A stretch of 64,000 bases of DNA, from NCBI GenBank assembly GCA_963717505.1, contig OY970342.1, positions 1,600,001-1,664,000 on the forward strand. Direction: 5' to 3'. Shown in pieces: positions 29,656-39,338 of the stretch. A program made the translations under genes and the position numbers. A model generated the notes under the pieces. The model was not told where the DNA came from and did not search any database. It saw nothing but the letters and a program-made list of their open reading frames with translations. The stretch is from Candidatus Eiseniibacteriota bacterium (GTDB taxonomy: Bacteria > Eisenbacteria > RBG-16-71-46). The stretch's first letter is position 1. Each line of letters begins with the position of its first letter.

Positions 29656-31737
29656 ATGTCGATCGCGCACGTCGCCCTGCCCCTGCCGCTGCGACGCACC
29701 TTCGCCTACTCGATCCCCGACGAGCTTTTGCCTCACGTGCGCCCCGGCGCCCAGGTCGACGTCCCGTTTCGCGCGCGCCGGCGCCGCGGCATCGTCACCC
29801 GCGTCGACCGCGAGCCCCTGACGCCGGACTCGACGCCCGTCCAGCCGATTTCCTCGGTGGCCGAGCCCGAGGCGGTTTCGGCCCACGTGCTCGAGCTGGC
29901 GACGTGGATTGCCGACTACTACCTGGCGCCGATCGGTGAGGTGCTGATCGCCGCGTTGCCCGGCGGACTCGAGGGGTTCGCGCGCAGCCGCGGGCGCAAG
30001 TCGGCGGTCGAGGATCGCACGGTGCGGCTGGCGCTGCCGGAACGGATTCGCCTGAGCGAGGGGCAGCGAGTGGCGCTCGAAGCGGCCACCGCGGCACTCG
30101 CCGCCGGCGGCTTCGCCCCGTTGTTGTTGCACGGGGTGACGGCGAGCGGCAAGACCGAGATCTACCTGCGTGCGGCACTCACGGCGCGCGAACAGGGCCG
30201 GCAGACCCTGTTGCTGGTGCCCGAGGTCGCGCTCAGCGACCAGCTGGTCGCCGAGTTCGAGCGCCGTTTCGGCGGACGGGTCGGCGTGCTGCACAGCTAT
30301 CTCGCGGTGGGCGAGCGGCGGCGGAACTGGGAGCTGGCGCGCCGCGGCGGGCTCGACGTCGTGGTCGGGGCGCGCTCGGCGGTGTTCGCCCCGCTGGCAC
30401 GACTCGGATTGATCGTGGTCGACGAGGAACACGAGCCGGCCTACAAGCAGAGCGAGCGACTCCGTTATCACGCGCGCGACGTCGCCGTCCGCCGCGCGCA
30501 GATGCTCGGGATCCCGGTGCTGTTGGGTTCGGCGACGCCGAGCCTCGAATCGCGCGCGAATGCGGCACGCGGCAAGTACCGCAGCGTGCGCCTGCCCGAA
30601 CGCGTCGACCACCGCTCGCTCCCGCGCATGCACGTCGTCGACCTGAGGCGCGAGGCCGGGCCGCCCGGACTGCTCAGCGCCCCGTTGCGAGCGGCGATCG
30701 CTGCGCGCCTCGAACGCCGCGAGCAGGTCCTGCTGTTCTTGAACCGCCGCGGACATTCACACCACGTCCAGTGCCGCGCCTGTGGCTCGGTACCCGAGTG
30801 TCCGCACTGCGACATCGCGCTCACGCTGCACGTCGAGCCGCGGGAGCTCAAATGCCACTACTGCGATCACCGCGCTCCGGTTCCCCAGGCGTGCCCGCAA
30901 TGCCAGGGACGCCTGTTTCGCTACTCGGGAAGCGGAACCCAGCGAGCCGAGCGCGAGCTCAGGTCGGTGTTTCCCACGGCTCGGCTCCTGCGCCTGGACA
31001 CCGACGTGTCTCGCGGACGCGAAAGTGTGGCGGCGATCGTCGGTCAGTTCCGCAAGGGTGACGCCGACATCCTGATCGGCACCCAGATGGTCGCAAAGGG
31101 ATTCGACTTTCCCGGCATCACGCTGGTCGGTGTGCTGGATGCCGACATCGGGCTCCACCTTCCGGACTTTCGCGCCGCCGAGCGTACCTACCAGTTGCTG
31201 GTGCAGGTCTCGGGGCGCTCCGGCCGCGGCCCCGTCGCCGGTGAGGTCCTGGTGCAGACCTGCACGCCGGAACATCCCGCGATCGTCGCCGCCGTGCTGC
31301 ACGACGATCGCAAGTTCCTCGACCACGAGCTCGCCCAACGCCGCGACGCGGGCTATCCGCCGTTCGTGCGCCTGGTCGTGCTGCTGTTCTCCGGCCCGTC
31401 GGAGTCCGCGGTGTCGCGCGTCGCGACCGAGGCGGCGGAATTGCTCCGCGCCGAGACCGTGGTGACGGCTGCGGTGACGGCGGCGCCGTTCGGACCGGGA
31501 GACCTCGTCACCGAAATCGACCCGTTCCCCGAGGCGAACGACGTGGTGCGCGTGCTGGGCCCGGCGCCGCACGCGCTGGCGCGAATCCGCGGGCAGCACC
31601 GGTGGCACGTGCTGCTCAAGTCCGCGGATGGTAGGCGACTGCACGAGGCGGCGCGGCGCGTGCTCGAACACTTCGAGGGTTCGCGCCCGGGGACTGTGAA
31701 AGTCGGGATCGACGTGGATCCGATCGACGTCCTGTAG
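29656..31737 (+). CDS. priA: Primosomal protein N'
   Basis: GVTASGKT, DEEH, SAT, four CxxC pairs, GTQMVAKG, QVSGRSGR, IDVDP. Confidence 0.96.
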   Translation: MSIAHVALPLPLRRTFAYSIPDELLPHVRPGAQVDVPFRARRRRGIVTRVDREPLTPDSTPVQPISSVAEPEAVSAHVLELATWIADYYLAPIGEVLIAALPGGLEGFARSRGRKSAVEDRTVRLALPERIRLSEGQRVALEAATAALAAGGFAPLLLHGVTASGKTEIYLRAALTAREQGRQTLLLVPEVALSDQLVAEFERRFGGRVGVLHSYLAVGERRRNWELARRGGLDVVVGARSAVFAPLARLGLIVVDEEHEPAYKQSERLRYHARDVAVRRAQMLGIPVLLGSATPSLESRANAARGKYRSVRLPERVDHRSLPRMHVVDLRREAGPPGLLSAPLRAAIAARLERREQVLLFLNRRGHSHHVQCRACGSVPECPHCDIALTLHVEPRELKCHYCDHRAPVPQACPQCQGRLFRYSGSGTQRAERELRSVFPTARLLRLDTDVSRGRESVAAIVGQFRKGDADILIGTQMVAKGFDFPGITLVGVLDADIGLHLPDFRAAERTYQLLVQVSGRSGRGPVAGEVLVQTCTPEHPAIVAAVLHDDRKFLDHELAQRRDAGYPPFVRLVVLLFSGPSESAVSRVATEAAELLRAETVVTAAVTAAPFGPGDLVTEIDPFPEANDVVRVLGPAPHALARIRGQHRWHVLLKSADGRRLHEAARRVLEHFEGSRPGTVKVGIDVDPIDVL

Positions 31738-31864
31738 CGCCGCTGCCACGGTCGCGTCCGACACACCGCGGAACGTCAAGGCATGGTCAGAATCAGGGCC
31801 GAATCGAAGCCGGCGTGGAGAATCCGGAATCAGAATGCCGTCGCGGCGTAACCACTTCCGTGGC

Positions 31865-31893
31865 TTGACCCCCCCGGGGGCCGCGCCTAGAGT
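31865..31893 (+). promoter_or_regulatory. Putative sigma70-type promoter
   Basis: TTGACC-N17-TAGAGT upstream of the HD gene. Confidence 0.5.
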
Positions 31894-31970
31894 CCGATCG
31901 CTTCCCGAGACCCCCGGTTTTCCGGCAATTTGCCGGGTCTGATTGCCTTCCGACTGCCAAAGGAAGCCTG

Positions 31971-32705
31971 ATGAACCCAAGAAGCGCACCGCGTACTGCC
32001 GAGGCCATGGGAACCGCCCAAACCCGGAGCGATGGCGCTCCGGCGCCGATCACCTTCGCGTTCGTTCGCGAACATCCCAGGGTCAAGATCTACGTGCGCA
32101 AGGCCGACGAGGCCCTGGCCGAGATCGGCTACACCGAACATGGCGAGCGGCACGTCGGCCTGGTGGCGCACATCGCCTACAACACGCTCAAGCGGCTCGG
32201 CCATCCCGAGCGCGAGGCGGAGCTGGCGGCGATCGCCGGGTACCTGCACGACGTCGGCAATCTGGTGAACCGCGAGAATCACGCGCAGATCGGCGCGGTG
32301 ATGGCGATGCAGCTCCTGGGCGACATGGGAATGTCCGATCCCGAAATCGTCCAGATCATGGGTGCGATCGGCAATCATCACGAAAACGACGGCGATCCGG
32401 TGAGCCCGGTCGCGGCGGCGCTCATCCTCGCCGACAAGAGCGACGTCCACCGGACCCGGGTGCGCAACCCGGACATGATCAAGTTCGACATTCACGACCG
32501 CGTGAACTACGCGGTCGAGAAGAGCTTCCTCAACGTCAACGAGAACGAAAAGCTCGTGACCCTGGAGCTCACGATCGACACCGCCATTTCCCAGGTCATG
32601 GAGTACTTCGAGATCTTCATGACCCGGATGCTCGCGGCCCGCAAGGCGGCGTTGTACCTGGGGACGACGTTCGGTCTCTCGGTCAACGGCAACCGCCTGA
32701 CCTGA
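31971..32705 (+). CDS. HD-domain metal-dependent phosphohydrolase
   Basis: GYTEHG..H, LHDVGN, GNHHE, LILADKSDV; alternative start at 32007. Confidence 0.88.
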   Translation: MNPRSAPRTAEAMGTAQTRSDGAPAPITFAFVREHPRVKIYVRKADEALAEIGYTEHGERHVGLVAHIAYNTLKRLGHPEREAELAAIAGYLHDVGNLVNRENHAQIGAVMAMQLLGDMGMSDPEIVQIMGAIGNHHENDGDPVSPVAAALILADKSDVHRTRVRNPDMIKFDIHDRVNYAVEKSFLNVNENEKLVTLELTIDTAISQVMEYFEIFMTRMLAARKAALYLGTTFGLSVNGNRLT

Positions 32706-32722
32706 AGCAAGGAGGAGAACCC

Positions 32723-34168
32723 GTGACACGCCACTCGCTCGCCGCGGCGCTCGCCGCCTTGGGCATTCTGGGTTTCGCTGCTTCGGCGCACGCGCGCAAT
32801 CCGCACTGCGCCGGCGGAATTCAGTACGTCGTCCAGGGCATCCGCGACAAGGATCGCGGCAACATGGAGGACTATCAGCGCCAGATGTCCAAGGCGATCC
32901 AGCAGCTCGAAATGTGCTCGAGCGAGGACCCCCAGGACTTCGAGGCGATCGGCTACCTGGGCTGGGCCTACGCCGAAGTCGACAGCATGTGCGCGGCCGG
33001 GAAGGCCTTCCAGATCGCGATCGACGGCCTTCAGACCAAGGGCGACAAGAAGAAGGTCGAGATGGCGACCACCAATCGCGAGTCTTACTGGGCGACCAGC
33101 TTCAACAAGGGCATCGAGGCGATCAACGCGGCCCAGGCGGCTTATCCGAACTACATCGCGGAGCCGCAAAACGAGGCCGACAAGGCGTTGCGCGCCGAGG
33201 CCGGTAAGAAGTACTCGGAGGCCGAGAGCCAACTGAAGCGCGCGCTCTGCCTCAAGCCCACCGATGCGCGCACGCTGCGCAACCTGGGCTCGGTGTATGC
33301 GTTCATGGGTCAATGGGACCAGGCGGAGAAGTGCTTCAGCGAGGGGCTCAAGGTGGCTCCGAACGACGCCGACCTCAAGGCGGCCACCGCGTCGGTCCGC
33401 GCGAGCAAAGCCGGCGGTATGGTCGACGCGGGCAAGTACGACGAAGCCATCGCCTACTATGGCACCCTGACCCAGGCGGACCCGAAGAACCCGGATCTGT
33501 TCCTCGGACTGGGCGAGGCGCATTTCAAGAAGGCCCAGGCGCTGCAGGGCGATGCCCGCAAGCCGGAGTACAAGCTGGCGGGCGACGGCTACGCCAAGGC
33601 CGGCATGCTCAAGGCCGACAACGCCGACCTGCCGTTCAATGCCGCGCTCGCGTACCAGAACGCCGGCGAGTTCGCGCTGGCCGAAGCGCAGTGGCGGCGC
33701 GCGCTGGCGTTGCGCCCTGACGACAACGATGCCAAGTCGGCGCTCGGGTCGACGCTCGCCGAACTCAAGAAGTTCGACGAAGCCGTTCAGGTCCTGCACA
33801 GCGCCGTGGTCTCCGATCCCAAGAACAAGTCGTTGCACCGCCAGCTCGGCGCCGTCTATACCAAGGCCGGAATGAACGTGAAGGGGACCGAGGAGTTGAT
33901 GGTGTTCCTCGCGCTCCAGAACGGAACCGCAGCCGGCGACGCGGGTGCTCGCGCCAAGGAGGCCCCGGCCGGCAGCGACGCGGCCAAGGCCCTGGCGTCG
34001 ATGGGCGCTCCGGACCAGGTCAACCGCTGGGAAGCAGACGGCGCGAACTACGACACCTGGTTCTACTGGGAGAAGCGGCAGGCCCTGCACTTCGCCGCCG
34101 ATGGCCGGCAGGCGCAGAAATCCGATTGGACCGCGCCCGCCCTCAAGTCCACCGCGGGTAAGAAGTAG
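32723..34168 (+). CDS. Exported TPR-repeat protein
   Basis: AAGGAGGAG RBS plus GTG; signal peptide ASAHA; multiple TPRs; C-terminal MGAPD...TWFYW module. Confidence 0.85.
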   Translation: MTRHSLAAALAALGILGFAASAHARNPHCAGGIQYVVQGIRDKDRGNMEDYQRQMSKAIQQLEMCSSEDPQDFEAIGYLGWAYAEVDSMCAAGKAFQIAIDGLQTKGDKKKVEMATTNRESYWATSFNKGIEAINAAQAAYPNYIAEPQNEADKALRAEAGKKYSEAESQLKRALCLKPTDARTLRNLGSVYAFMGQWDQAEKCFSEGLKVAPNDADLKAATASVRASKAGGMVDAGKYDEAIAYYGTLTQADPKNPDLFLGLGEAHFKKAQALQGDARKPEYKLAGDGYAKAGMLKADNADLPFNAALAYQNAGEFALAEAQWRRALALRPDDNDAKSALGSTLAELKKFDEAVQVLHSAVVSDPKNKSLHRQLGAVYTKAGMNVKGTEELMVFLALQNGTAAGDAGARAKEAPAGSDAAKALASMGAPDQVNRWEADGANYDTWFYWEKRQALHFAADGRQAQKSDWTAPALKSTAGKK

Positions 34169-34178
34169 AGCGTTCCTG

Positions 34179-35135
34179 ATGACGATCGCCGGCGACCGAC
34201 CGATCGCGGCGATCGTCGGCTACGGCAACCAGGGCGGTCCACAGGCGCGCATGTTGCGGCGCGCCGGCCTGCATGTGGTGGTCGGCGCGCGCCCGGGCGG
34301 CGAATCCGAGCGTCGCGCTCGCATGGACGAGTTCCCGGTATCGGCGCCGAGTGCTGCCGTCGCCGACGCCTCGATGATCGGCATGTTGGTGCCCGACGAG
34401 GCGGTGCCCGAACTGTGGTCCGAGATCTCGGGTGCGGTGCGCGACCGATCGACGATCGTATTCGCCCATGGGTTCAGCCTGCTCTACGGCGAGCTTTCGT
34501 TCGCCGGCACACTCGACGTGGTGCTGGTTTCGCCGGCCGGACCGGGACGGCTGCTGGAGCCCGGTCCCGGGCGCGAGCCGCTCGCGGCTTACCTGGCGGT
34601 TCATCAGGATCGCACCGGGTCCGCATGGTCGAGCGCCGAGTCGTGGGCCGGCTGGCTCGGGTGTTCGCCCTGGTGGCGAACCACGGTGGCCGAGGAGACC
34701 GAGGTCGATCTCTTCGGGGAGCAGGTGGTGCTGTGCGGTGGGATGAACGCGCTGGTGCGGGCCGCGTTCGAGACGCTGGTCGAGCGCGGCTACGCCCCCG
34801 AGATCGCTTACCTCGAGTGCGTCCACCAGCTCAAGCACCTGGCGGACCTGCTCCACGAGCGCGGGATCACGGGACTGAGGCGGTCGATCAGCGGGACGGC
34901 CCTGTTCGGCGACCTGACCCGCGGCGAGCGGGTGATCGGTTCCGAGAGCCGGGCGGCCATGGCCTCGATTCTCGAGGAAATCCGGCGCGGGGCCTTCGCC
35001 CGGGAGTGGCGGGCCGAGGTCGCCTCCGGCCGGCCAACCCTGGTGGCGGGGCTCCGGGAAGGGGCCCGGCAGCCGATCGAATTGGCGCGCCGCCGGGCCC
35101 TGGGGATCCCGGAGCCGCCGGCCGAATCCTCCTGA
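34179..35135 (+). CDS. ilvC: Ketol-acid reductoisomerase homolog (divergent)
   Basis: GYGNQG, PDE, FAHGF, DLFGEQ..LCGG, AYLEC; several consensus residues substituted. Confidence 0.8.
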   Translation: MTIAGDRPIAAIVGYGNQGGPQARMLRRAGLHVVVGARPGGESERRARMDEFPVSAPSAAVADASMIGMLVPDEAVPELWSEISGAVRDRSTIVFAHGFSLLYGELSFAGTLDVVLVSPAGPGRLLEPGPGREPLAAYLAVHQDRTGSAWSSAESWAGWLGCSPWWRTTVAEETEVDLFGEQVVLCGGMNALVRAAFETLVERGYAPEIAYLECVHQLKHLADLLHERGITGLRRSISGTALFGDLTRGERVIGSESRAAMASILEEIRRGAFAREWRAEVASGRPTLVAGLREGARQPIELARRRALGIPEPPAESS

Positions 35136-35163
35136 ATCGCGCAACGCCTTGTCCAAAAACTGA

Positions 35164-35193
35164 TTGACAGGTTTTTCGGCCCCTTGTTAGCCT
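35164..35193 (+). promoter_or_regulatory. Putative sigma70-type promoter of the HU gene
   Basis: TTGACA-N18-TAGCCT with TGn extension. Confidence 0.6.
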
Positions 35194-35254
35194 CCCCCCG
35201 AGTCCAGTTCCGTCACGCGCGAGGGCCGACCCGGCCCGAAGGAGCGAACCGAAG

Positions 35255-35533
35255 ATGACCAAGGCCGATATCGTCGATCAGATTGCCGAGCGCACCGGGC
35301 TCACCAAGAAGGATGTCGCCGAGACGGTGGACCGGTTTCTCGAGGCCGTTGCCAAGGCCTTGGCGAATGGACATCACATCGAGATCCGCGGCTTCGGAAC
35401 ATTCCGGGTGAAGGACCGCAAGTCGCGCATCGCGCGTAACCCGAGGACGGGTGAGGCGGTACCGGTTCCGCCGCGCAAGGTGCCGGTCTTCAAGGTGTCG
35501 AAAGAACTGAAGGACATGGTCGCCCAGAGCTAA
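35255..35533 (+). CDS. HU/IHF family DNA-binding protein
   Basis: MTKADIV, IRGFGTF, ARNPRTGE, PVFK. Confidence 0.95.
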   Translation: MTKADIVDQIAERTGLTKKDVAETVDRFLEAVAKALANGHHIEIRGFGTFRVKDRKSRIARNPRTGEAVPVPPRKVPVFKVSKELKDMVAQS

Positions 35534-35639
35534 ACATCGCGCGACCGGGGTAGCGAGGGATCGCCGCTGAGAATCGGGCTGCTCCGGGGCGAGGAATCGA
35601 GCTGCCTTAGGCGAGGAACCGAGCCGCTGGAAAAATCAA

Positions 35640-35664
35640 TCGGGCAGGCGAACCGCCTGCCCGA
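35640..35664. terminator. Hairpin between convergent genes (probable terminator)
   Basis: TCGGGCAGGCG-AAC-CGCCTGCCCGA; AAAAATCAA upstream gives a U-rich tail on the minus strand. Confidence 0.65.
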
Positions 35665-35692
35665 GAATCGTTTCCGGCGAAACCCGCGACTG

Positions 35693-36385
35693 CTAGTCGC
35701 GGCTGTTGCGCAACAGGACCATGCGCAGCAGGTGCAGGGCCGCCACCGCCGCCGCCGCCACGTAGGTCAGTGCCGCCGCGTCGAGTACCTGCTTGGCCCC
35801 GGCCACTTCCTGCGGTGCGATCGCCCCCGATTCGGTGAGCTGAGCCAGAGCTCGTTTCGAAGCGTCGAACTCGACCGGCAGAGTGACCAGGTGGAACAGG
35901 ACTGCGCCCGAGAAGAACAGAATCGCGATGTCCATCAGGATGCGCGCCGTTCCGCCGCCGACCAGGAACCCGATGAAGAACAGCGGGAATGCCAGCATGC
36001 TGCCGAAGCCGGCGACCGGTGCCACTGCCGAGCGAATCGCAAGCGGCGCGTAGCCTTGCGCGTGCTGCAGTACGTGACCGACCTCGTGCGCGCCGACCGC
36101 GATCGCCGCGATCGAAGGCTCGCGATAGTTGTGGTGGGACAGGCGCACTTTCTTGACCCGAGGGTCGTAGTGGTCGCTGAGAACCCCGCCAACTTCCTCG
36201 ATGGTGACGTCCTGGACGCCGTTCCGGGTCATGATCGCCTGCGCCATCTCGCGCCCGGTCCGACCGGACGCCGCGCGCACGCGGGACCACTTGTTGTAGG
36301 TGTGCTGCACCTTCCACTGGGCCCACATCGCGAAGATCATGGCCGGGATCAGGATGATCATCGTCGGGTCGAAGAAGAATGGCAT
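35693..36385 (-). CDS. Membrane zinc metallopeptidase (YugP-like)
   Basis: LSDHYDP, AHEVGH, VTLPVEFDASKRA, AAALTYVA. Confidence 0.93.
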   Translation of the reverse strand: MPFFFDPTMIILIPAMIFAMWAQWKVQHTYNKWSRVRAASGRTGREMAQAIMTRNGVQDVTIEEVGGVLSDHYDPRVKKVRLSHHNYREPSIAAIAVGAHEVGHVLQHAQGYAPLAIRSAVAPVAGFGSMLAFPLFFIGFLVGGGTARILMDIAILFFSGAVLFHLVTLPVEFDASKRALAQLTESGAIAPQEVAGAKQVLDAAALTYVAAAAVAALHLLRMVLLRNSRD

Positions 36386-36613
36386 CTGAACTCACGCTCC
36401 TCTTGGGTTGCCCGCACGGCGGGCGGGCGCTGGACCGCCTACCGAACCGGGCCCCTTGGATGACGGTTCCGGGCTCGTCGGTTCAGCGGGGTGCCGCTGG
36501 GCCGTCAGCGTGGGCTAAACTCGGTGCGACTTCAAGCCCTCGACCGCCGCGGGTCACGACCCAGTCAAGACCGTTCGGCGGCGTGTGAACCCCAGTCCAA
36601 ACGGAGTGCTTCC

Positions 36614-37672
36614 ATGACGCTCGACCCCGTGGACCTGCGCAGCGATACCGTGACCCGTCCGACCGTCGACATGCGGCAGGCGATCGCCCGCGCCGTCGTG
36701 GGCGACGATGTCTTCAATGACGATCCCACGGTGCACGAGCTGCAGGCGAGGATCGCGACACTGACCGACAAGGAAGCCGCGCTCTACGTGCCGAGCGGCA
36801 CCATGGGAAACCAGCTCGCGATCGCGTGTTTGACTCGCCCCGGCGACGAAGTCCTGCTCGAAGCCATGTCGCACATCTACCTCTACGAATCGGGCGGACT
36901 CGGGGCCAACTCGGGATGCCTCGCGCACCCGGTCGCGACCCCGCGTGGTGTCCTCGAGCCGGAGTCGATCACCGAAGCGTTGCGCAACGAAGACGACCAT
37001 GTCGCTCGCGTGTCGCTCGTGTGCCTGGAGAACACGCACAACCGCCACGGCGGCTCGATCTGGCCGCTCGAATCACTCGCGGCGATCTCGACGACCGCGC
37101 GCCAGCACGGACTCGCCGTCCATCTCGATGGCGCGCGATTGTGGAACGCCGCGGTCGCCACCGGAATCCCGATCCGCACGTGGGCGTCGCACGCCGACAC
37201 CGTGACCATGTGTTTCTCCAAGGGTCTCGGAGCACCAGTCGGCTCGATTCTCTCGGGGCCTACCGAGCTGATTCGTCGCGCGCGCCGTGTGCGTAAGCGT
37301 TGGGGCGGTGGCATGCGGCAGGTCGGGATTCTGGCTGCGGCCTGCCTCCACGCGCTCGACCATCATGTCGATCGGCTGGCCGACGACCACCGACGTGCCA
37401 AGACCCTGGCCGCTGCGATTCGCGAGCTTCCCGGCCTGTCGGTGGTCGAGCCTGAGACCAACATCGTGTTCGTGAACCTCGAGCATGCGGCACTCGAACG
37501 CCAGGCGATGATCGAAGGGTTGGCGGCGCGCGGCATTCGACTTTCGGCGTACGGCCCGCGCCTGCTGCGCATGATCACGCACTTGGATGTCGACGACGCC
37601 GGCATCGCGCGGACGATCGCGGCGTTCACCGCGATCGTCGAAGAGAAGGTCGGGGCCGCCGCGCGCGGGTAG
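36614..37672 (+). CDS. ltaE: Low-specificity L-threonine aldolase
   Basis: [39 protein letters not shown]. Confidence 0.93.
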   Translation: MTLDPVDLRSDTVTRPTVDMRQAIARAVVGDDVFNDDPTVHELQARIATLTDKEAALYVPSGTMGNQLAIACLTRPGDEVLLEAMSHIYLYESGGLGANSGCLAHPVATPRGVLEPESITEALRNEDDHVARVSLVCLENTHNRHGGSIWPLESLAAISTTARQHGLAVHLDGARLWNAAVATGIPIRTWASHADTVTMCFSKGLGAPVGSILSGPTELIRRARRVRKRWGGGMRQVGILAAACLHALDHHVDRLADDHRRAKTLAAAIRELPGLSVVEPETNIVFVNLEHAALERQAMIEGLAARGIRLSAYGPRLLRMITHLDVDDAGIARTIAAFTAIVEEKVGAAARG

Positions 37673-37687
37673 GCGGTCATTGCTCCT

Positions 37688-38356
37688 TTAGTGGCAGACG
37701 GTGTTGGCGGCGCTGACCTGCGAGTCGCCGGCGATCGACACGTCCAGCAGCTTCGCGAGGTCGACCGGTGTCACCGTGCCCGAGCAATCGTAGTCGGCGC
37801 GTGACCAGTACTGGGGTGCGAATGAGTCCTCGAGCCAGCGGGACATGTCGGGCGGCGCCACCCCCTGGCCACCGTCGAGATCGAACGCACCAACCACGAT
37901 CGGCGGATGACTCGAATAGGCGAAGCTGATGCCGTCGGCGTAGATCACCGGCGGGCATGCGGGTCGAGCCGGCGAGGCCGTCGAGTATCCGACCAGCGAG
38001 AGCCGCAGGACACCGTCATGGGCGATCGCCGTCACCTGACAGCCGTCGGCGCTGACGCCGACGATGTCGACATCGGGCTGCGAGGCGGGGAGGCAAAACC
38101 CCTGCGCTCCGGCGCAGGCGCAGAAGTCGATCGACACCGTGCAGCCGTACACCGGAGTGCCGACCAGGTCGCGGAGCACGATCGTGAATTCGCCGCGAGG
38201 ATCGGCAACGCCGTCGCGCGTGCCCACGAGATTGATGCCGCAGGGAACGTCGGAGTTCTCGGGGCTCGGGAGTTTGGCGGGATCCGCATGCACAACAGCG
38301 GGCCATGCCGCGATGAGTATGGCCACGATCCAGGATCGGATACGAGCAAGATTCAT
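37688..38356 (-). CDS. Secreted Cys-rich protein with duplicated Ca-binding (dockerin-like) loops, paralog 1
   Basis: GGGAG RBS; signal peptide; FDLDGGQGVAPPD and ADYDCSGTVTPVD loops; ends VCH. Confidence 0.75.
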   Translation of the reverse strand: MNLARIRSWIVAILIAAWPAVVHADPAKLPSPENSDVPCGINLVGTRDGVADPRGEFTIVLRDLVGTPVYGCTVSIDFCACAGAQGFCLPASQPDVDIVGVSADGCQVTAIAHDGVLRLSLVGYSTASPARPACPPVIYADGISFAYSSHPPIVVGAFDLDGGQGVAPPDMSRWLEDSFAPQYWSRADYDCSGTVTPVDLAKLLDVSIAGDSQVSAANTVCH

Positions 38357-38401
38357 GATGCGATCTCCCGGTGACGCCACCACGTTAGGGTTTCCTCGAG
38401 A

Positions 38402-38423
38402 CCACTGGCCCCGGGGCCAGTGG
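38402..38423. repeat. Perfect 22-bp palindrome
   Basis: CCACTGGCCCCGGGGCCAGTGG is its own reverse complement. Confidence 0.85.
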
Positions 38424-38485
38424 GTGTGAGTTGTTTCCGAAAATGGGACGAGCACATGCAACCGTGAGATCCGTTTCTCTTCTGA

Positions 38486-39148
38486 CTAGTGACAGTATGA
38501 TCCGGTTGCGCTCGACAGAGAACCTCCACCGAGTGAAACGTCGAGCAACTTCGCCAGGTCGGGCGGGGACACCGTGCGCGAGCAGTCGTAGTCAGCCCGA
38601 GCGTGATACTCCGAAGCGAAGGAGTCGTCGAGCCAGTGCGAGATGTCGGGCGGAGCGACGCCCTGTGCGCCGTCGAGATCGAACGCGCCGACAATGATCG
38701 GGGGACGATCGATCACGAAGTTGGCCCCGTCACCGTAGATCTTTGGGGGGCAATAGGGACTGGCTGGCCCGGCAAAGGCGTGCCCAACCAGCGACAGTCG
38801 CAGAGTGCCGGAACCGTCCGTTGTCCCTCTTACCCGACAGCCATCCGGGCTGACCTCAACCACGTCGGGATCCGGCTGGTCATCTCCCAGGCAGAATCCC
38901 GTGGAGCCCACACAGTCACAGAAATCGATCACGATCTCCGAACCGGCGATCGGATTCTGCGCCAGGTCGCGCGAGACGATGGTGAACTCACCTCGCGGGT
39001 CGGGGACGCCCCCCCGAATGCCGACGAGATTGATGCCGCAAGGAACTTGGGAATCGTCGGGGCTCGGGAGTCCGGCGAGGACCGGGGTGGCGGGGACGAT
39101 TGCGATCAGGCCACAAAGAAACCAGGAGATGGGTCGACGGGATGACAT
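38486..39148 (-). CDS. Secreted Cys-rich protein with duplicated Ca-binding (dockerin-like) loops, paralog 2
   Basis: GGAGG RBS; signal peptide; aligns end to end with paralog 1 (VPCGINLVG, DPRGEFTI, AFDLDG, ADYDCS, ends CH). Confidence 0.78.
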   Translation of the reverse strand: MSSRRPISWFLCGLIAIVPATPVLAGLPSPDDSQVPCGINLVGIRGGVPDPRGEFTIVSRDLAQNPIAGSEIVIDFCDCVGSTGFCLGDDQPDPDVVEVSPDGCRVRGTTDGSGTLRLSLVGHAFAGPASPYCPPKIYGDGANFVIDRPPIIVGAFDLDGAQGVAPPDISHWLDDSFASEYHARADYDCSRTVSPPDLAKLLDVSLGGGSLSSATGSYCH

Positions 39149-39338
39149 CGGCTGCCTCCATGCGGAACTCGGGGGCAGCGACCCCTCTGGACGAATCATC
39201 CATACCCTCACCACCGGCCCCGGTTCGGTGTATTTCAGTTTTAGGGCCGCAGCGATCGTTGTTGCTGGCCGCGTCCCCATGCTAGCGTCGAGCCCCTTTG
39301 GCGGCCTTGGGCCGGCTAGGCCCGCTCCTTGAGGCGGC

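Noticed and set aside
37688-39148. Possible DGR template/variable repeat pair
   Set aside because: Differences are spread across all bases with many synonymous changes, both copies are full genes, and no reverse transcriptase is present.
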